Assembly: GCA_022574775.1 (NCBI GenBank)
Contig: JACZRI010000004.1
Span: 1-59,268, forward strand
DNA from: Patescibacteria group bacterium
Lineage (GTDB): Bacteria; Patescibacteriota; Minisyncoccia; Minisyncoccales; RBG-13-36-15
DNA: 59,268 bases
Direction of reading: 5' to 3'
Below the pieces are notes generated by a model. It saw only the letters and a program-made list of their open reading frames with translations, made no database searches and had not been told where the DNA came from. Shown piece by piece: positions 37,834-46,537 of the stretch (the first letter of the stretch is position 1; every line of letters starts with the position of its first letter). Made by a program: the position numbers and the translations under genes.

Positions 37834-39072
37834 TTATTCATACCTTAATGCTTCAATCGGGCTTTTGAGAGAGGCCTGACGGGCGGGATAAATGCCGAAA
37901 ATAAGACCAACAAACACGGCAACTCCCAAACCCAAAAGAGCGGCCGAGATAGGAAATGTAAAAGACCAGGTAAGATTTAGGACTCGACCAAGAATTATTG
38001 AAGTGGCAAATGATAATAGACCGCCGAACAAAATACCTACTACTCCGCCGGCAAGGGTGAGAAATACTGCTTCCAATAAAAATTGGGTCAAAATATCTTT
38101 GTTTGTTGCGCCTACTGCCTTTCGAAGCCCAATTTCTCGCGTGCGTTCGGTTACGGAAACAAGCATTATATTCATGATACCGATCCCTCCGACAACGAGC
38201 GATATCGCTGCAACTGCGACAAGGAGAGCGGTAAGTATTCCCGTAATTGTCCCTACACGCTCGGCAATATCAGCCTGTGTGGTGACATGGAAATCGTCTT
38301 TTTCAGGATCGGTAATGTTATGCAGTTCTCGAAGAGTAAGCTTGATGTCGCGAGCAGTGCGTTCAACCATTGCCTCGGATTCAGCACTTACTAAAATAAA
38401 ATTGTAATGACTTATTCCCAGAAGATACTGTTGGGCTGTCGATACTGGTATCATGACTTGCTCATCAATGTTAAAAAATCCTTTTTGACCCAATGGTGCA
38501 AATGCCCCAATCACTTTGAAATTTCTTGTGCCGACTTTAATGGTTTCCCCTACTGCGTCCGAGGAGCCGAAGAGTTCTTTTTTGACCTCTGAACCTATGA
38601 CGGCAACGCTTGCGCGGGATCGCACATCAGTTTTCGTGAAAAAAGATCCCTGCCCTGGCTGTATTTCAAATATATTAAGGATACTCGGTGTGGTTCCTAA
38701 AATGCCGGCATTTTTTGTCTCATTCCGAAAAAGGATGGTGGCAGAACTGATAACAGTTGGAGTAACATCCTCAACTCCTCTCACGAGGGCGGGGTTTTCT
38801 ATGGCCTTTACCTCGCGATCTTTGAGTGAAGTAGTAAAAATTGCTCCGAATTCTGAAGGTCCGCGCGGTTCTCTTCCCGGCTCCACAGTGATCGTGCGTG
38901 AACCAATCCCTTGGATTTGAGCTAAAATAAGATTTGTAGCTCCTTGGCTTATAGACATAACCAAAATAATTGCTGTAATCCCAATAACAATTCCGAGTAT
39001 CGTAAGAGCGGAACGAGACTTATTTGTCTTAATCCCAGAAAGAGAAGTTTTCAAACTGTTTTTTAGGTTCAT
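37834..39072 (-). CDS. MacB-like ABC transporter permease (FtsX/MacB_PCD)
   Basis: 412 aa with one TM helix, a large extracytoplasmic domain, then three C-terminal TM helices carrying ..ERTREIGLRKAVGA.. Confidence 0.85.
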   Translation of the reverse strand: MNLKNSLKTSLSGIKTNKSRSALTILGIVIGITAIILVMSISQGATNLILAQIQGIGSRTITVEPGREPRGPSEFGAIFTTSLKDREVKAIENPALVRGVEDVTPTVISSATILFRNETKNAGILGTTPSILNIFEIQPGQGSFFTKTDVRSRASVAVIGSEVKKELFGSSDAVGETIKVGTRNFKVIGAFAPLGQKGFFNIDEQVMIPVSTAQQYLLGISHYNFILVSAESEAMVERTARDIKLTLRELHNITDPEKDDFHVTTQADIAERVGTITGILTALLVAVAAISLVVGGIGIMNIMLVSVTERTREIGLRKAVGATNKDILTQFLLEAVFLTLAGGVVGILFGGLLSFATSIILGRVLNLTWSFTFPISAALLGLGVAVFVGLIFGIYPARQASLKSPIEALRYE

Positions 39073-39074
39073 GG

Positions 39075-39791
39075 TTATTTTATATAATGATCCTTTGTAT
39101 AGCGACGTCTTGAAACTTTTTCATCACTTTCTATGAAACCATCTTTTAAACGAATAATGCGTTCAGCATACTCCGAAATATAGGTTTCGTGAGTAATAAG
39201 GATAATGGTATGTCCTTTGGCATGCAGTTTTTCAATAAATTCCATTATCTGACCGCCTGATTTTGAATCAAGGTTACCTGTTGGTTCATCGGCAAAAATA
39301 ACTGAGGGATTATTCACAAAAGCTCGAGCAATAGCCAATCTTTGTCTTTCACCGCCAGAAAGCTGTGAAGATTCGTGATACAAACGTTCGGTAAGTCCGA
39401 CCACCTCAATGACTTTTTTTGCAATTTCATCTTGTTCTTGATCAGGAATATCAGTATAAAGAAGCGGTAATTTTACATTTTCTAAAACAGTGGTGCGCGG
39501 CAAAAGATTAAAAGCCTGAAACACAAATCCCATTCTTTTATTTCTTACTTTGGCCAACTCATCATCAGAGTATTCATCAATACTTCTTCCTTCAAAACGA
39601 TACTCGCCTTTTGTGGGACGGTCCAGAAACCCCAAGATATGTAAAAGTGTGGATTTCCCTGATCCTGAAGGTCCCATCACTGCCACAAATTCACCTTTCT
39701 GAATCTCAAGAGATACGCCAGCTAGGGCTGGCGTTTTGACACCGTCATCTATATAGACTTTTTCAATATTTTTTACTTTTATAAGAGGCAT
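39075..39791 (-). CDS. ABC transporter ATP-binding protein (MacB/LolD-type)
   Basis: Walker [10 protein letters not shown], signature LSGGERQR, Walker B IIFADEPT. Confidence 0.9.
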   Translation of the reverse strand: MPLIKVKNIEKVYIDDGVKTPALAGVSLEIQKGEFVAVMGPSGSGKSTLLHILGFLDRPTKGEYRFEGRSIDEYSDDELAKVRNKRMGFVFQAFNLLPRTTVLENVKLPLLYTDIPDQEQDEIAKKVIEVVGLTERLYHESSQLSGGERQRLAIARAFVNNPSVIFADEPTGNLDSKSGGQIMEFIEKLHAKGHTIILITHETYISEYAERIIRLKDGFIESDEKVSRRRYTKDHYIK

Positions 39792-39794
39792 AGA

Positions 39795-41348
39795 CTATTC
39801 TTCTATAAAAGTGATGATTTGATTACCTTCGCTTAAACCTTGGATAATCTCAACCATTCCGTTTTTGCCGATAAGCCCGGTTTCAACTTTTATTTCTTCA
39901 ATGCGATTATCTCGAATCACACGAACAATTTTTTCTTTATCCTTGGTAATAATGGCGCGCTGAGGAATAGCAATAACTCCTTTACGCATATTCGTGAGGA
40001 TATCTATGTTAGCTGTCATACTTGATCTAATACGCTCATTTTCTGTGCCGAACTGGAGCGTTATTTTGTAAGTCGTCACTCCTTCAATAATAGTTTCAGC
40101 TGGATCAATCTTGATGATGCGTGCTTGAAAAATAATATCCTGCCCGTAAGCATCAAGGGTAAGACGGGCTATATTATCGACTTTTATTTTAGCGATATCG
40201 GCTTCCGGCACATTGGCTTCAATCTCAAATTCAGCTTCTGAAATAATAGAAACAATATTACTGTTTGCTGAAACTATCTCTCCGACTTTTGCATTTTGAG
40301 TCACAACAATTCCATCAAAGGGACTACGGAGAATTGTTTTTACAAGCTGAGTTTGGTAATATTGCGAATTTGCTTTTGATTTCTCTAACTGCGCCTCTTG
40401 TGTTACTATTTGTTCTTTTATAGTTCCAGCTTTTTTCAAAGTAAGTTCTTGTTCAGCGATCGCATGATCAGATCCGGCTTTTTTTAGTTTTTCTTCTGCT
40501 GCAGTGAAATTACTTATGGCGGTATTAATATTTGAACGGGCAGTTGAGATATCAGATTTCCAACTCGCAGGAATACTTTCGCCTAATCCGCTAACAAGGT
40601 TATTTGGATTATTTACTGCTAATGCGACTTTGTTAAGAAATGATTTAATTTGTTCTAGATTTTTATTAGCAACCTCAAGATACAAGGTGAAGTCAGAGTT
40701 AAGGGTAAGATTAGCTAAAGATACTTGCCAAGTTTTCAAAACCGGTTCTAAAACTGACCGTCTCCCCTCAATATCAGTTTTTAATTGATAGTCTATTGTA
40801 ATAAGCGCTAACTGGGGGGTATGCGTTAGCGGATTAGTGAAGAATTGGTCCACCTTGTTTCTTATCGCATCGTCTGCTTTTGTATATGCGTCTTGCAGTT
40901 TATCAAGCAAATTTTTCTTCGCATCCTCAAGCGCAACTTTTGCGCCTGCCACTTTTGTTTCTTGCACTTGGATTTCTTCTGGTTGTGTTCCTTGTTTAAG
41001 CTCATCAAGTTTTGCCAGTTGAATTTTGACATTTGCTTCTGCCTCGCGAAGTTGGGCAAGAAGTTCAGCGCTTTCAAGCACGATGAGTATTTGCCCAGTC
41101 TCCACCTTTTGGCCTACTTTCACAAGTACTTGGTTTACTTTACCGCTTTTCTCAAATGCTAAATCAACGCTCTCAACTGGCTTTACTTTACCCGTTACAC
41201 TTACTTCTTGGATAAGATCACCTTTTTTGGCAATGATAAAATCATAAGTTAACACATCATCTCTGCCAAAATATATATAACCAACAATGATCCCAATAAT
41301 AATAATAAAGGAAATAATAACTATTGGTTTTTTAATCAGGTTTTTCAT
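39795..41348 (-). CDS. HlyD/MacA-family periplasmic adaptor protein
   Basis: N-terminal TM helix, lipoyl-like and long coiled-coil segments, and a C-terminal beta-barrel. Sits in an operon with the ABC pair. Confidence 0.75.
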   Translation of the reverse strand: MKNLIKKPIVIISFIIIIGIIVGYIYFGRDDVLTYDFIIAKKGDLIQEVSVTGKVKPVESVDLAFEKSGKVNQVLVKVGQKVETGQILIVLESAELLAQLREAEANVKIQLAKLDELKQGTQPEEIQVQETKVAGAKVALEDAKKNLLDKLQDAYTKADDAIRNKVDQFFTNPLTHTPQLALITIDYQLKTDIEGRRSVLEPVLKTWQVSLANLTLNSDFTLYLEVANKNLEQIKSFLNKVALAVNNPNNLVSGLGESIPASWKSDISTARSNINTAISNFTAAEEKLKKAGSDHAIAEQELTLKKAGTIKEQIVTQEAQLEKSKANSQYYQTQLVKTILRSPFDGIVVTQNAKVGEIVSANSNIVSIISEAEFEIEANVPEADIAKIKVDNIARLTLDAYGQDIIFQARIIKIDPAETIIEGVTTYKITLQFGTENERIRSSMTANIDILTNMRKGVIAIPQRAIITKDKEKIVRVIRDNRIEEIKVETGLIGKNGMVEIIQGLSEGNQIITFIEE

Positions 41349-41364
41349 GATAATTTATTCTACC
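41349..41364 (-). promoter_or_regulatory. extended -10 TGGTAGAAT, 8 nt before the ATG (leaderless-type)
   Basis: The minus strand reads GGCGGTTTTTTGGTAGAATaaattatcATG. Confidence 0.45.
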
Positions 41365-41397
41365 AAAAAACCGCCATTCTTCACAGAGTTGCGGCGG
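41365..41397 (-). terminator. terminator hairpin with GCAACTCTGT loop motif
   Basis: The minus strand reads CCGCCgcaactctgtgaagaatGGCGGTTTTTT. The AATCGCC half of a T-hairpin lies about 60 nt further upstream (41445-41451). Confidence 0.5.
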
Positions 41398-41593
41398 GTT
41401 ACTCTTCTTGTCGCTGACGCTATATAGTTTTAGCGATGGAGCGGCGATTTTTGAAACGTCTCGGTTCCCCTTTTGCCAAGTACGGTACTGTGCCTGGCTT
41501 CGCTAAAACTAAGGAAGAACAAGTCAAGGTTGTTTTAAAATTATAACAATGGTTAAAAATATCTAAAATTATTGCCGATAAATTTCAAGCAGG

Positions 41594-41622
41594 AATGAAA
41601 AAATCCTCTTATGAGGATTTTT
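41594..41622 (-). terminator. intrinsic terminator after the RRM gene
   Basis: The minus strand reads AAAATCCTCataaGAGGATTTTTTC. Confidence 0.7.
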
Positions 41623-41631
41623 CCAATGTTT

Positions 41632-41952
41632 TTACCAACGATCTCTTCGGTTTCCGCCGAACCCTCGATTTCCGCGATTAAATACATCTCTTCGAGGACG
41701 AGACTCTAAAGGTCTAGCTTCGTTTACTGTAACGTTTTTTCCATCCATCTCTTTACCATTGAACATCTCAATGGCCTTTTGAGCTTCTTCTTCAGAAGAC
41801 ATTTCAACAAAACCAAATCCTTTTGAACGGCCAGACATTTTATCGGTAATCACAGTTGCCGATTCAACAGTCCCAGCTTGAGAAAAAGTCTCTTTTAAAG
41901 TCGTTTCGGTGGTTTCGTTTGATAATCCACCGACAAACAATTTTTTTGCCAT
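41632..41952 (-). CDS. RNA-binding protein (RRM domain) with RGG tail
   Basis: RNP-2 LFVGGL, RNP-1 KGFGFVEM, and a C-terminal RGNRGFGGNRR. Confidence 0.85.
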   Translation of the reverse strand: MAKKLFVGGLSNETTETTLKETFSQAGTVESATVITDKMSGRSKGFGFVEMSSEEEAQKAIEMFNGKEMDGKNVTVNEARPLESRPRRDVFNRGNRGFGGNRRDRW

Positions 41953-42272
41953 AATGCGAGCGAAATGAAAATTATCTCTAGAATTATTGCAACTTGCGTT
42001 GCAATTATAACTTTGTAGTAAAAAAATATCCCTAGAGATATAATTGTTCCTTACGCTATTTATTTATGAGTAAGCCGACCACTGTTTTTATTCTCTTTCA
42101 AAACTTACATAGTTAATAAATACGCAAGGAAAGGAAAATTAACAGAAACTTACCTTATTATAATAGCTTATCGTTGACAAAAAGTCACGGGTTTATTTTT
42201 TATTTCTATGCTTTTTTAAAAACCTGCGATGTTTTGTTCTGTTTCTATTTCTATTCGGATTGTGTGAGTTTT

Positions 42273-42488
42273 TCACATTTTCTTCTTCTTAGTATTTCTT
42301 TTTTCTCCGGATGGTAAAGAAGTAAGCCATAAAATAAATGGCCTCCGAAGTTTATCTATAGGCCAGTCATCGTTTTTAAAAAGTGATGCCTTATCTATTC
42401 TAAAACGAGAAAGTAAAGCTATTGTAACTTGCAGATTCAAAGGAGATAATCTGTTATGTTCTAATAAAAATTGTTCTTTTTTAGTCAT
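42273..42488 (-). CDS. hypothetical protein
   Basis: 71-aa ORF with a Lys-rich tail and no motif. Confidence 0.35.
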   Translation of the reverse strand: MTKKEQFLLEHNRLSPLNLQVTIALLSRFRIDKASLFKNDDWPIDKLRRPFILWLTSLPSGEKRNTKKKKM

Positions 42489-42635
42489 GTTAAAATTAAA
42501 AAAAATCTTAATTACTGTGAGTTACAAATAGTATTATTTATTACCCATCTGGAATAACGAATATACCTATTTATAATCAAAACTCTCAATTGATTCTATC
42601 TTACATTAATTCTTTTAAAAAATCAAGCTCTTGTC

Positions 42636-42658
42636 AAAAAACCGCCTTCTTGGCGATT
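42636..42658 (-). terminator. T-hairpin terminator copy
   Basis: Exact ACCGCCTTCTTGGCGAT core. On the minus strand the U-tract runs into TTGACA. Confidence 0.65.
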
Positions 42659-42703
42659 AAAAGTTGGGGTTCTCTGGTGCGACAAAATCAGAGGATTGTT
42701 CAT

Positions 42704-43111
42704 TTAAATACCATAAATATCTATAAAAATTCCTATAAGTAAAGCTATTAGAGAAAGTATGAAAATAACCGCTGCATTCCATCTTGATTTTGAAGTTACC
42801 GTGGTTTTGGCCAGATAATGAAGGGCTAACTTCTTTTGCGAATCAATGTCAGAATTATCTATAGCTTCAACCAGCTTGTAATCTTGAATCAATTTTGCTT
42901 TTTTCCTGGCAACATCAAAACGATGGCCAAAATAAAGGACAAAGCCGATGGTGCCAATATACCAAGCAATCTTTACCCATGAAGGACTGTAAAAATCCAA
43001 GACGATAATTATCCTATATGCAATTGTAGCGATTATTCCAGCCCAAAAGAAAAATAAACGAATTGGTTTTGGGTTTGGCTTTATGAGCTTTAGAATTCCC
43101 TTATCTTCCAT
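42704..43111 (-). CDS. membrane protein (4 TM helices)
   Basis: Start moved to MEDKGILK (ATG 43111), 6 nt after TACGAT. The upstream part of the track ORF runs through the terminator hairpins. Confidence 0.5.
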   Translation of the reverse strand: MEDKGILKLIKPNPKPIRLFFFWAGIIATIAYRIIIVLDFYSPSWVKIAWYIGTIGFVLYFGHRFDVARKKAKLIQDYKLVEAIDNSDIDSQKKLALHYLAKTTVTSKSRWNAAVIFILSLIALLIGIFIDIYGI

Positions 43112-43117
43112 TCCGTT

Positions 43118-43150
43118 ATCGTAACAAAAAACCGCCGTCTTGGCTATTTT
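43118..43150 (-). terminator. T-hairpin variant fused to extended -10 (TGTTACGAT)
   Basis: The minus strand reads AATAGCCAAGACGGCGGTTTTTTGTTACGATaacggaATG. Confidence 0.55.
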
Positions 43151-43154
43151 AAAA

Positions 43155-43178
43155 GAAAAAAGCAGTTTTTGCTGCTTC
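43155..43178 (-). terminator. intrinsic terminator
   Basis: The minus strand reads AAGCAGcaaaaaCTGCTTTTTTC. Confidence 0.6.
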
Positions 43179-43185
43179 ATCTCCT

Positions 43186-43294
43186 AGCTGGCTTGCGGGG
43201 CTTGGACGACGTTAGAACCTCTCTCCAGGGTATTTTGTTGTGTCTATTTCTGTTTAAAATAGGTATTACCCTACTCTGCTACTCGCTATTTCTT
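43186..43294 (-). repeat. type II boundary element (M1 + centre II + M2), copy E
   Basis: The minus strand reads AAGAAATAGCGAGTAGCAGAGTAGGGTAATACCTATTTTAAACAGAAATAG..CCTGGAGAGAGGTTCTAACGTCGTCCAAGCCCCGCAAGCC. The HAD ORF ends on its TAG. Confidence 0.8.
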
Positions 43295-43963
43295 AAGTTT
43301 ATGTAATATCTCCTCCAAATGGGTCACATTCTTTATAATATGTTTAACGCCTAAATTTTGTGCCTCTTCTTGGTTTAAATGACCAGTTAAGACAACAATC
43401 GGCGTAATGCCTGCGTTCTTTGCCATCTGGACATCGCTTTGAGCATCCCCAACTAAAACTGTCTCGTTAGGTAAAGTATTTTGTGACTTCATTATTGTTT
43501 CGAGCATAAAAGGATGCGGCTTTAATTTACTTGGGTCATCTATATCGTAAGAGGTAACAATCTTTGTAAAAACATCTGGAATATCGAATTTAGGTATAAT
43601 TCTCTCTTTTAATAACTTTGGATGAACACCCGTGGCAAGGGCAAGAGTATAATTTCTTTGTAATTTATTAAGCAACTCTCGGCTTCCCGGCACTATACTT
43701 AGACAATCAACAAATGTATTTCCAAATAGAATATCTTCATATATCTTACAAGCTCTATCTATAAACTCTGGATGTTCCTTTAATAATTCAGTAAGCCCTT
43801 CTCTATGAGTCTTTCCCCATTGTGATAAGATTCTTCTTTTTTCTTCTTCGGAATCCAAATGAATTCCTAATTGCGTTATGGTCTCGTGATAACATTTAAA
43901 ATACCCTTCTTTAGAACCAAGGGTAAATACATCGTCCCAGTCGAAAATTATAAGTTTAATCAT
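43286..43963 (-). CDS. HAD-superfamily hydrolase
   Basis: Motif I IIFDWDDVF (DxD) and motif IV ..VGDAQSDVQMA.. Confidence 0.8.
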   Translation of the reverse strand: MIKLIIFDWDDVFTLGSKEGYFKCYHETITQLGIHLDSEEEKRRILSQWGKTHREGLTELLKEHPEFIDRACKIYEDILFGNTFVDCLSIVPGSRELLNKLQRNYTLALATGVHPKLLKERIIPKFDIPDVFTKIVTSYDIDDPSKLKPHPFMLETIMKSQNTLPNETVLVGDAQSDVQMAKNAGITPIVVLTGHLNQEEAQNLGVKHIIKNVTHLEEILHKLKK

Positions 43964-43975
43964 ATGATTTTTTTT

Positions 43976-44092
43976 ATAGCTGCGGAGCGTGAAAGAAGTT
44001 AGAACCTGGATTATGGCTAATAGCGCTACTTTCAGAGTACCTGATCTCGCTCCACAGACTTAGTTACCCTACCCTACTACTCACTATTTCTT
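43976..44092 (-). repeat. type I boundary element (M1 + centre I + M2 variant), copy A
   Basis: About 117 nt, one of four near-identical copies. It has a 10-bp closing stem CTGTGGAGCG/CGCTCCGCAG and inner stems TGAAAG/CTTTCA. Confidence 0.85.
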
Positions 44093-44095
44093 ATA

Positions 44096-44596
44096 TTACC
44101 TACAATTATTGCAGATACCAATTACCTTTCGGGAAGTAAAATAAAGAGAAAATAACATAAAAGCTAAGGCTATAAAGAACACCCACCATTGATACTGAAT
44201 AAGAAAGCTAACAGTCCCAAATCCTAAAAATCCAAAAAGTGATGCGATACACATCGGACAGGAAGCAGCTCCGAAAATGGAAGCGAACGTCCCGGAAATA
44301 CTTCCCACACCACCTTTAGCCAGCGCTCCAAGCCGATCTTTTGACTGTTTGTAGATATACACATTCATCAGAATAAAAAGCGAGCCAAGTATAGAGAGTG
44401 CCGCAAGGGTAATATAGTCGAAAGGAATGTAGAGAGAAAATTGCAGTTATAGTGTATTTGAAGGAATTGCAATGAGTGGTATCGCCACAAAAAAGATGAA
44501 AAAGGCGAGAGAAAATGGCAAGAAAAGTATGCGATACATTTTTTCTCGAAGAATAACCTTTGCAGCAGAAAAGATTGTTTGAGGATAACGAAACAT
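44096..44596 (-). pseudogene. paralog of the CxxC membrane protein 46022..46537, interrupted by an in-frame TAA
   Basis: Track ORFs 44447..44680 and 44096..44368 share one frame. Read through TAA (44447-44449), the translation ..IPSNTL*LQFSLYIPFDY.. aligns with ..IPANTISFQLSIFTIRDY.. of the paralog. The ATG at 44596 lies 1 nt after the ccdA stop. Confidence 0.6.
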
Positions 44597-44597
44597 A

Positions 44598-45455
44598 TTA
44601 TGGGAAAAGTATATTAGTAAATACTGTAATGAAAATAGAAGAAAGGATAAGAAAAGCTCCGACAATAAGAAGCAGCACACCGCTTACTCGTTGGATGGCA
44701 ACAGTTGATTGACGAAGACTCTGGAGTAAAGTTTCTTTAGAAAAAGCAATGAGCAGTGATACAACAATCATAAGCACCGCCATAACTAATGAGTAAATAA
44801 TAAAAGCAAGGAAGGCATCTGCGAAACCGCCCCGAGAAAGGGCAAATACAAAAAGTATAGCCATAATCGGTCCTCCACAACCAATGCCAAGTAATGAATA
44901 GCCAAAGCCATAAGCATAGAGTTTTCTAAACTTTGCTTGTTTTTCTTGCGGAGATGATTTCGGATGCCAAAGATGCCCTAATTTCCCAAAAGGATTCCCT
45001 TTACCTGTCGCGTGGCTAAAGCCAAGATATAGAATAAATATACCCGCAATACCACGAAGCCATCTTACAGATATACTTGGGTTTTCTCCTGCAAGCCCCA
45101 ATGATTTTCCAAAACCAGCTCCCAAAATACCAATACCAACACCGAGCAAAAGATTAAATGTGATAAGACCTAATGCTGCTGCTAATCCAGAAAGAAGCAG
45201 TTGCTCCTTTGGCTTTTTGTTTTCACCTTCTTTCGTTGTGTAGTATTGGGCAAGATAAACTGGAAGCAAAGGAAAGGCACAAGGGTTAAAAAAACTTGCT
45301 ACTCCTGCGACTACAGCTACGAACAGTAACCCAAAAGCAACACTTCCTTTCATTATGTTGATAACAAACCAAATGAAGAGACCGTAGCCGCCTGCAACAA
45401 GTGCAAGAATCAAGAAAATAAATAGGAATAATTTCAAATTGAGTTTTGGTATCAT
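44598..45455 (-). CDS. ccdA: CcdA/DsbD-family thiol-disulfide electron transporter
   Basis: ..FFNPCAFPLLPVYL.. and a second conserved Cys region (..GIGCGGP..). Multi-TM protein. Confidence 0.8.
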   Translation of the reverse strand: MIPKLNLKLFLFIFLILALVAGGYGLFIWFVINIMKGSVAFGLLFVAVVAGVASFFNPCAFPLLPVYLAQYYTTKEGENKKPKEQLLLSGLAAALGLITFNLLLGVGIGILGAGFGKSLGLAGENPSISVRWLRGIAGIFILYLGFSHATGKGNPFGKLGHLWHPKSSPQEKQAKFRKLYAYGFGYSLLGIGCGGPIMAILFVFALSRGGFADAFLAFIIYSLVMAVLMIVVSLLIAFSKETLLQSLRQSTVAIQRVSGVLLLIVGAFLILSSIFITVFTNILFP

Positions 45456-45481
45456 AACATTTGTCGCTTAAGATATTGTTA

Positions 45482-46018
45482 TCAGTTAGTTAGTGCTCTA
45501 GCCACAATGTTGCGTAAAGTCTCTGCGGTAGTTATAGAGCTGTCTTGATAAATAATATCGCTATTTTTATCTACGATAACAGTCTCATCTAATGACTTAA
45601 TCCCATATAAGTTAATAAAACCTGATTGGAATCCGAAATACCACTCACCATCTGCTCCGTAGGTCTGCTGAAACCTTAATAAATCTGCTGGCGTTGACCG
45701 TTCTGGTTGAATATCAAAAGACATCACCACAAGCCCTTTTTCTTGAAACTCTTGAAAGACTTTTTTAACCTCTCCTGCTTGGAGTTTACAGCTTGGACAC
45801 CACGCTGCCATAGCTTGTAAGATAACTACTCTTCCCCTGAACTGCGATAAACTTATCTCTTGTCCCTCTGTTGAGATAAAGGATATTTGTGGTGCTTCTT
45901 TTATGGAATTCAGTGCTAACTCTGTAGTATTACCTTCTCCACCAGATTTCATCGAGGATAACAGAAAGAACCCTCCTATACCCACGAGCAAAATTAAAAG
46001 AATGCCTATAACTTTCAT
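45482..46018 (-). CDS. TlpA/ResA-like membrane-anchored thioredoxin
   Basis: Signal anchor and the WCPSC active site in a thioredoxin-fold context. Confidence 0.8.
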   Translation of the reverse strand: MKVIGILLILLVGIGGFFLLSSMKSGGEGNTTELALNSIKEAPQISFISTEGQEISLSQFRGRVVILQAMAAWCPSCKLQAGEVKKVFQEFQEKGLVVMSFDIQPERSTPADLLRFQQTYGADGEWYFGFQSGFINLYGIKSLDETVIVDKNSDIIYQDSSITTAETLRNIVARALTN

Positions 46019-46021
46019 TTT

Positions 46022-46537
46022 TTAGTTTTCTTTTTTACTATCTGTAATACAAGAAGCACACTTTCTCGATGTAAAGTAAATAGAGATAAGTATGAGCAAA
46101 ATTGCCCCACTAACTATGAGCCACTGGTAACGGATAAGAAAAAATACTGTTCCCAAACCCAAGAATCCGAATAATGCAGCAAGGCAAGAAGCACAGGCAG
46201 CGGTTCCAAATACTGCAGCAACCAGGCCGCCATAACCGCCAACCGCACCTTGTCCAAGAACTTTTGCCCGCTCTTTAGTCCCCCGTGTTATCTTATAAGT
46301 GTATACCTGTAACACAATAAAAAATGAAGCGATTATAGAGAGGGTAGAAATAAGAGTATAGTCTCTGATAGTAAAAATACTTAGCTGAAAGGAAATAGTA
46401 TTAGCAGGGATTGTTAATACTGGTATAAGGACGAAAATAAAGAATATGACGGGGATAAAGATGAAAAATCCTAAAAGATAATTCCTCTTTGTAAGAACTT
46501 CTTTAGCGGTAGTGAATATTTGGGCGATAATGTTCAT
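46022..46537 (-). CDS. 4-TM membrane protein with intramembrane CxxC (putative Hg(II)/thiol handling)
   Basis: ..GTAACASCLAALFGFLG.. lies in a TM helix. Its ATG overlaps the merA TGA (ATGA). Confidence 0.55.
   Translation of the reverse strand: MNIIAQIFTTAKEVLTKRNYLLGFFIFIPVIFFIFVLIPVLTIPANTISFQLSIFTIRDYTLISTLSIIASFFIVLQVYTYKITRGTKERAKVLGQGAVGGYGGLVAAVFGTAACASCLAALFGFLGLGTVFFLIRYQWLIVSGAILLILISIYFTSRKCASCITDSKKEN

Noticed and set aside
43976-44092. Hammerhead or other small self-cleaving ribozyme in the type I element
   Set aside because: Only partial look-alikes (CUGAAAG, CUGAUC, GAAA) are present. The CUGAUGA..GAAA..UH order and the three-stem junction cannot be assembled on either strand.
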